Below, in pieces: positions 58,766 to 64,000 of a stretch of 64,000 nucleotides of DNA. Source of the stretch: Candidatus Obscuribacteraceae bacterium (GTDB taxonomy: Bacteria; Cyanobacteriota; Vampirovibrionia; Obscuribacterales; Obscuribacteraceae). The stretch covers positions 384,001 to 448,000 of the forward strand of contig JBGAHS010000008.1 in NCBI GenBank assembly GCA_044226015.1. The letters are read 5' to 3'. The notes below the pieces were generated by a model that worked only from the letters and a program-made list of their open reading frames with translations, was not told the DNA's origin and ran no database searches. Numbering within the stretch: position 1 is the stretch's first letter; each line of letters starts with the position of its first letter. The translations under genes and the position numbers were made by a program.

Positions 58766-59868
58766 AGAAGATCTTGGCGCAGTGCAAAAAGGAGTTAGCT
58801 CAGTTTGTACGAGACAGGCTGACAGTGGCACTTGCATTTGTTCTGCCAAGCTTATCGCTTTTCCTCTTCGGATTTGGCGTCAGACTTGAAATTCAAGATG
58901 TGCCACTGGTCGTGCAAAATTTCGACAACGGATATTTAAGCGCAGATTTGATTGATCGAATATATCGAAACGCACAGTTCATAGCTCACGATTGGAGTGG
59001 CTCAGAACCCTGGACAGGTGCCTTGGACAGAGGTTACGCAAAAGCCGCCATAATAATTCCACCAGATTTTTCACGCCGATTGGAAAACAAAACAGGTGCA
59101 CGCTTTCAGGTTTTCATTGACGCTACAGACGTAAATAACGCTCGAGTAATTAAGAACAGCATTATAGGAACCACCCGCGGTTTCATGCAAGCAAATCACC
59201 TCATTCCCTCCAAAGAGCCAATAAAAGGTGAAATCAGACTCTGGTTCAACCCGGGACGAAAAGAAAGTTTATACGTAGTACCTGGCGCAATTGGACTCTG
59301 CTTGTGGATCTTTCCATCATTGCTTGCAAGCCTGGCCATGGTTCGAGAAAAAGAGAGTGGCACGGTTTTGCAGGTATATGCATCGAGCATTACGGCTTTC
59401 GAACTCATCGCTGGCAAAGTCTGCGCTTACACCATAGTTGCATTAGCTGAGACCACAGTGCTGGATTTACTTTCAATAATATTCTTCCAGATAAAATTGT
59501 TAGGCGATCCAACACCATATCTGGTAGGCACTCTCTTCTTCGTAACAAGCGCTGTTTGTTTTGGTACCTTCGTCGGGACACGCACAAACTCGCAGAGTGC
59601 AGCGGTACAAGCTGTAGCAACCGGAGGCTTCACCACAGCTCTTTTGCTTTCAGGCTACCTCTATCCTATTCGTAATATTGTATATCCGCTTTCATACATT
59701 ACCGTGCTGGTTCCAAATCGCTGGTACATCGAGCTTTCCAGAAATGCGTTTATTCGAGGCGGAGATTGGTTCTACGATTGGGTCTTTGTACTTTTCTTGT
59801 TGATGGGTGCAACGTTCTTTTTTTCGCTTTCGGTAAAACTTATGAGCAGGATGCAACTAAAAGCATGA
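58762..59868 (+). CDS. ABC-2 type permease (YbhS-like)
   Basis: KELAQFVRD, WFNP, VREKESGT, LLSG..YPI. Confidence 0.92.
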   Translation: MKKILAQCKKELAQFVRDRLTVALAFVLPSLSLFLFGFGVRLEIQDVPLVVQNFDNGYLSADLIDRIYRNAQFIAHDWSGSEPWTGALDRGYAKAAIIIPPDFSRRLENKTGARFQVFIDATDVNNARVIKNSIIGTTRGFMQANHLIPSKEPIKGEIRLWFNPGRKESLYVVPGAIGLCLWIFPSLLASLAMVREKESGTVLQVYASSITAFELIAGKVCAYTIVALAETTVLDLLSIIFFQIKLLGDPTPYLVGTLFFVTSAVCFGTFVGTRTNSQSAAVQAVATGGFTTALLLSGYLYPIRNIVYPLSYITVLVPNRWYIELSRNAFIRGGDWFYDWVFVLFLLMGATFFFSLSVKLMSRMQLKA

Positions 59869-61007
59869 ACAGAGCATTCTCCTCAATTTTAGATTTTTTC
59901 GCCAATGAAAGACTCAGAGCATTGATTGCAAAAGAGACTATTCAAATTATGCGTGACCGACAACAGCTATTTATGCTTATATTTCCTCCAATTTTCCAAG
60001 TCTGCCTCTACGGAACAGCTCTCAGCCCCGACGTACAAGACCTGAGGCTGGCTGTGGATGACGAAAGTAAAACCTATCGCAGCCGCGAGCTGGTATCAGC
60101 AATGGTGGAGAATAGAGTCTTCAAAATAAGCAAAACCGTGGATGATCGAAAAAGTATTCTGGACAAACTTGAACACGGAAAGATTGACGCAGCGCTAATA
60201 ATTCCCCCCGACTTTGATCGCAAAATCATTCAAGGCACTGGTGCAACTGTCCAGGTTCTTCTAGACGCAGTAGATGCAAATACCGCGGGAATAGCATCAG
60301 GCTATTCCACTCAAATGATCTCTGAATTTGCAAAAACCTATCGACCAAACAAGAATTTGCCCCAGCCAGTGACACCCGACGCGACTTATGTGTACAACCC
60401 TGGACTGGTCTCCGCCTGGTTCTTCATTCCTGGAGTTTTGGGCTTAGTGCTGACTATTTCTGGAACCCTTGTCTCATCCATCACTCTAGTAAAAGAGAAA
60501 GACACAGGCACACTGGAACAACTCCTGATGACCCCCGCGGTCTCCATTGAGATTCTGACTGCCAAAGTGATACCACTCATGGTTATGTTGAATGGAACAG
60601 TTTTGATCGCCTTGACCCTGGGGCTTACTGCATTCCATCTGCCTTTCAGAGGCAACTTCCTAACCTATATGCTCGTGTCGAATGTATATATCTTTGTCGT
60701 GATATCTATTGGCATTATTCTTGCCACACTATCTCGCAATCAACGACAGGCAATTCTCACATCCTTCTTTTTCAACCTTCCGCTCATTCAGCTTTCAGGA
60801 AGCTTATCGCCTATTGAGAGCATGCCTCTGTTTTTCAAATATCTTAGTTATCTGAATCCATTGCGATACTACATTCAGTGCATAAGAAATATTCTACTGA
60901 AAGGCGTAGGACTTGATGTGATGTGGCGAGATGTGGCAGCTCTCGTTCTTTTTGCTTTCGTGTTCTTGACGTTTAGTGCCGCTCGATTTAGAAAACAACT
61001 GGGGTAA
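59865..61007 (+). CDS. ABC-2 type permease (YbhR-like)
   Basis: KETIQIMRD, YNP, VKEKDTGTLEQLLMTP, LSG..SPIESMP, NPLRYY. Confidence 0.92.
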   Translation: MNRAFSSILDFFANERLRALIAKETIQIMRDRQQLFMLIFPPIFQVCLYGTALSPDVQDLRLAVDDESKTYRSRELVSAMVENRVFKISKTVDDRKSILDKLEHGKIDAALIIPPDFDRKIIQGTGATVQVLLDAVDANTAGIASGYSTQMISEFAKTYRPNKNLPQPVTPDATYVYNPGLVSAWFFIPGVLGLVLTISGTLVSSITLVKEKDTGTLEQLLMTPAVSIEILTAKVIPLMVMLNGTVLIALTLGLTAFHLPFRGNFLTYMLVSNVYIFVVISIGIILATLSRNQRQAILTSFFFNLPLIQLSGSLSPIESMPLFFKYLSYLNPLRYYIQCIRNILLKGVGLDVMWRDVAALVLFAFVFLTFSAARFRKQLG

Positions 61008-61011
61008 GGTC

Positions 61012-63021
61012 ATGACTGAGTTGCTTAAATTCAAACGGTCAACGAGAAGAAGAGTCGCAGCACTCCTGTCGTCTCTCAGCCTTAGCACGACTTTAGCCGT
61101 ATCATCTTATGCACAGCCACCCGGCCAAGATAAGAATGGCACATCGCTGTTAGCGCAATCAAGCGATGAGTCCCCTCAGCTAAGAGGGCTGCCTGATACA
61201 GCGGCACCGGACACTGCCCCCAGCCCGCTGCAGCGTGGAACACAATCAATCGGGTCGTCCAGTAAGTTTCCATCACCCCCATCATCGAAACAAACAGCGA
61301 ATCCGTTGTCGAACCACGCAGCAAACTCCACAGGAAAGAATAACGGCTCCAGAAATCAAGCCCCCAGCGAGTCTGCTTCAGCAAATAACAGTAGCAGTCC
61401 TAATTTGAAGGATGCCCTAAAAGCAGATTTTGCGCAACACATTCAAAGCCTCGCAAACATGAAAAAGGCGCCTCCCGACGCAGCAGCTACAGGAGCTGCG
61501 TCTCCGCATACAATACCAATATTGTTGAAGGATTCTGCCGCAAACACAGGACCAAGCAAACCAAGCAACGTTGAGAATGAGGAAGATGTGATAATCGCAC
61601 GCCCTGTTCTTTCCTCGCTAATCTCTGTTAACGAATACCTCGACCCATTTTTACTCGACGCCGCGAACTCACAATCTATAACACTGAAGGACTCGCTTCA
61701 CTTTGGAATTAACCACAACCTTGACCTCGGCATCAGCCACACACAAACCAAACAGCAACAGTATGGATATTACTCATCGCTGGGCAACTTCCTGCCGGAC
61801 CCGACTTTAGGTTATAGCGAGTATTTTGCAAAGGGTAAAATCGGATTGCCGACGAGCTTCAGTAACTCTTTCGCAGGAGCAGCCGGTGCGAGTTCGGGCA
61901 GCGGCTCGTTAGTCGGTGCAGCTGCACAATACAGAAACAACAAACAAACCATCAATGTCAACAAACCTTTCATCGTTATGCATGCTGGGGCTGAATATCA
62001 CCTATACCGCGGCGGCAGTGTGGTCTTCGGTGCATTGAAGGCTCGAAATGAATTGAGGGCGTCACGATATCGAGAACACGCAAATCTCAGTGACACGCTT
62101 CTGGGAATAACTCAGAATTACTACAATCTGGTGCTTGCCGAATGCCTGCTGCAAATCCGCGTGGACGCTGTTAGAACCTCAGAAGAGGAACTGCGAAAAA
62201 ATTCAGATAGATTTCACTCGGGATTGGCTACGAACCTGGATGTTTTGCAATCAAAAACTCAGCTCTCGCGCGACAGGCAGGCACTTCTAGACCAACAGGC
62301 AAACCGACGAAGCGCCTCAATAAAGTTACTTCAATCAATGAATGCGTCTCTGGGTAGCGATGTTTTTCCAACAGATTTGGAAGTTCACAAAATTCGCCTT
62401 ATTGACCCTAAGCTAAACATTGCACAACTGCTATCTCTTGCCATCGACTTGCGACCGGAATTGAAGCAGTACGAACAGCTTCGCCTGGCAGCAAAGAAAC
62501 AAATTGCAGTCGCAGCTGCGAACCTACAGCCAAGTGTTAGTATCACGGGTAATGCCTATGGAATAGGACCACCAAACAACAATCGAGCACTTGGAGTGGT
62601 AGCACTTAACGCTAACTGGAGACTGCGCGGCTTCGGAGTTGTTGATTCCATGCAGGTACAGCAAGCGAAATGGAAAGCTAGAGAAGCCGCAATAGAATCC
62701 CAAAAAGAACTTCAAGATATCTGCGCCCAGGTACGAAACTCTTATGTGCAAATTCTCGTAAAGGAAAGCAAAATTGAAGAAGCTAAAAGCGAAGTGCGCT
62801 CATCTCTCGAAGAACTTCGCTTAGCCGAACTCAGAAAGAGCAGCGGACTGGGGTTGAATCTAGACATCATAACAGCACAACGTGACTACACTCAGGCACG
62901 GGTCGCGAAGGCACAAGCCATCGTTGACTACAATCTGGCCCAAGCGCAATTACTTCACGACATTGGCGCCATTTCCGTCGATTCGCTAACATCTGGGCTG
63001 AAGCTGAGCGCCAGCAAGTAA
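61012..63021 (+). CDS. TolC-family outer membrane factor with long low-complexity N-terminus
   Basis: Two TolC helical repeats (GLATNLDVLQS; GLGLNLDIITAQ), RPELKQ; last gene of the exporter operon. Confidence 0.9.
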   Translation: MTELLKFKRSTRRRVAALLSSLSLSTTLAVSSYAQPPGQDKNGTSLLAQSSDESPQLRGLPDTAAPDTAPSPLQRGTQSIGSSSKFPSPPSSKQTANPLSNHAANSTGKNNGSRNQAPSESASANNSSSPNLKDALKADFAQHIQSLANMKKAPPDAAATGAASPHTIPILLKDSAANTGPSKPSNVENEEDVIIARPVLSSLISVNEYLDPFLLDAANSQSITLKDSLHFGINHNLDLGISHTQTKQQQYGYYSSLGNFLPDPTLGYSEYFAKGKIGLPTSFSNSFAGAAGASSGSGSLVGAAAQYRNNKQTINVNKPFIVMHAGAEYHLYRGGSVVFGALKARNELRASRYREHANLSDTLLGITQNYYNLVLAECLLQIRVDAVRTSEEELRKNSDRFHSGLATNLDVLQSKTQLSRDRQALLDQQANRRSASIKLLQSMNASLGSDVFPTDLEVHKIRLIDPKLNIAQLLSLAIDLRPELKQYEQLRLAAKKQIAVAAANLQPSVSITGNAYGIGPPNNNRALGVVALNANWRLRGFGVVDSMQVQQAKWKAREAAIESQKELQDICAQVRNSYVQILVKESKIEEAKSEVRSSLEELRLAELRKSSGLGLNLDIITAQRDYTQARVAKAQAIVDYNLAQAQLLHDIGAISVDSLTSGLKLSASK

Positions 63022-63032
63022 ACGTTTATCCG

Positions 63033-63060
63033 AAGCCGCCAGGATGGCGGCGCTCCCAGG
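63033..63060. repeat. REP-like palindromic element
   Basis: gccgcc-aggat-ggcggc-gctcccag between convergent genes; single copy in the window. Confidence 0.4.
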
Positions 63061-63103
63061 CTCGAAGCCGGTTGGCGCAGCGGTCCCAAACGAGCAGGTC
63101 GAA

Positions 63104-64000
63104 TCAGGTAAGCAGATCTTCTATTCTGATTGGCAATTGTCGAATGCGTTTTCCGGTCGCGTGATACACAGCATTAGCAATAGCTGCAGCAACACCAGCC
63201 AAACCGATTTCACCAATGCCGCGAGCACCATAAGAATTCAAATCGGTATTCTCTTTTTCAAGGAAATGCACTTCAAGATGAGGCAGGTCTAAATTCACTG
63301 GAAGAATGTAATCAGCAAAGTTGCTATTAATCGGTGCACCCTTTGTAGGTTCATACCGCGCGCCTTCAAGCATTGCCATCCCGATGCCCATCGCGATGCT
63401 TCCCTCAACCTGGTTTCTTCCAGCCAGGGGATTTAGAATACGCCCCGCATCGATAACAGTTACAACACGATTGACCCGAAGTCGTGCAATCTCCTCCTGC
63501 CAGGTAATCTCAACAAAATGCGCTCCATACGAGTGTTTTGATTCTTTGGGCTTGCCACCACCAAAGGTGCCAGCGGAATTACCCTTTCCGAGCAGACTAT
63601 TGAAATTGCATTTCTGCAAGAATTTGTCGAACGGAATGCCGTTCTCTGCGGGCTCAGTTTTGCGGTGAATCTTGCCTTTCGCATAGGCTAACTCCTTCGC
63701 ATCAACACCTGCATATGGAGAAAATGGGCTGCTGCTAGCAGCAGAAAGCATCGAGTCCATCAATTTAGAACAAGCCTGAGTAACGGCAGGTATGAGGGAG
63801 CCTGTCACCATAGAGCCACCAGACAGGGGTCCTTCAGGTAAGGAAGTATCACCGAGCACCACTTCGACCTTACTCAACGGAACTTGCAATTCCTCTGCAA
63901 CGATTTGCGCGAGAATGGTATAAGTTCCTGTTCCAATGTCTTGCGTTCCACAAGAAACCTTTGCAGAGCCATCTTGTCTTAGTTCCACGAACGCTGTCGC
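63104..64000 (-). CDS. Xanthine dehydrogenase-family molybdopterin-binding subunit (PaoC/YagR-like), 5' end outside the window
   Basis: QDIGTGTYT, GGS, DAGRILNP, QVEG...GIG, RGIGEIG, ANAVYHATGKRIR.LPI. Confidence 0.93.
   Translation of the reverse strand, partial: ATAFVELRQDGSAKVSCGTQDIGTGTYTILAQIVAEELQVPLSKVEVVLGDTSLPEGPLSGGSMVTGSLIPAVTQACSKLMDSMLSAASSSPFSPYAGVDAKELAYAKGKIHRKTEPAENGIPFDKFLQKCNFNSLLGKGNSAGTFGGGKPKESKHSYGAHFVEITWQEEIARLRVNRVVTVIDAGRILNPLAGRNQVEGSIAMGIGMAMLEGARYEPTKGAPINSNFADYILPVNLDLPHLEVHFLEKENTDLNSYGARGIGEIGLAGVAAAIANAVYHATGKRIRQLPIRIEDLLT

Overview
Bacterial chromosomal window from a probably diderm organism (TolC, RND and periplasmic cytochromes are present). The protein style tentatively suggests a non-photosynthetic cyanobacterial relative (Melainabacteria/Obscuribacterales); this is unverified. 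Three blocks. (1) 1-18.3 kb, accessory: a 5'-truncated multidomain polyvalent-type protein, a NucA-type nuclease, an orphan HipB-like HTH, an RNA ligase behind a probable leader-peptide attenuator, an SDR, two Hsp20s, a TPR protein, and five small paralogous peptides, three of them missed by the ORF track. (2) 18.7-44.4 kb, anaerobiosis/nitrate-respiration/NO-stress island: split nnrS, split class III RNR, ric, B12 radical SAM plus hemG, cytochrome c-narGHJ, Rrf2, a SPASM radical SAM and two narK genes. The main finding is here: narI is fused in frame to a twin-arginine Rieske domain and is followed by a b6-like cytochrome b and a membrane-anchored cytochrome c with a cytochrome f-like YPxF...CxxCH N-terminus. 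This looks like a nitrate reductase physically joined to a Rieske/cytochrome b complex. A GGAYA-N4-TRTCC-like palindrome occurs in all four divergent promoter regions of the island. (3) 44.6-64 kb: cereblon-like protein plus OPT transporter, TetR-RND efflux, a TetR-YbhGFSR-like ABC exporter with TolC, and a partial xanthine dehydrogenase Mo subunit. Five intergenic tandem arrays (19-23 bp units) overlap the stop codon of the neighbouring gene. No CRISPR array, rRNA, tRNA or transposase was recognised.
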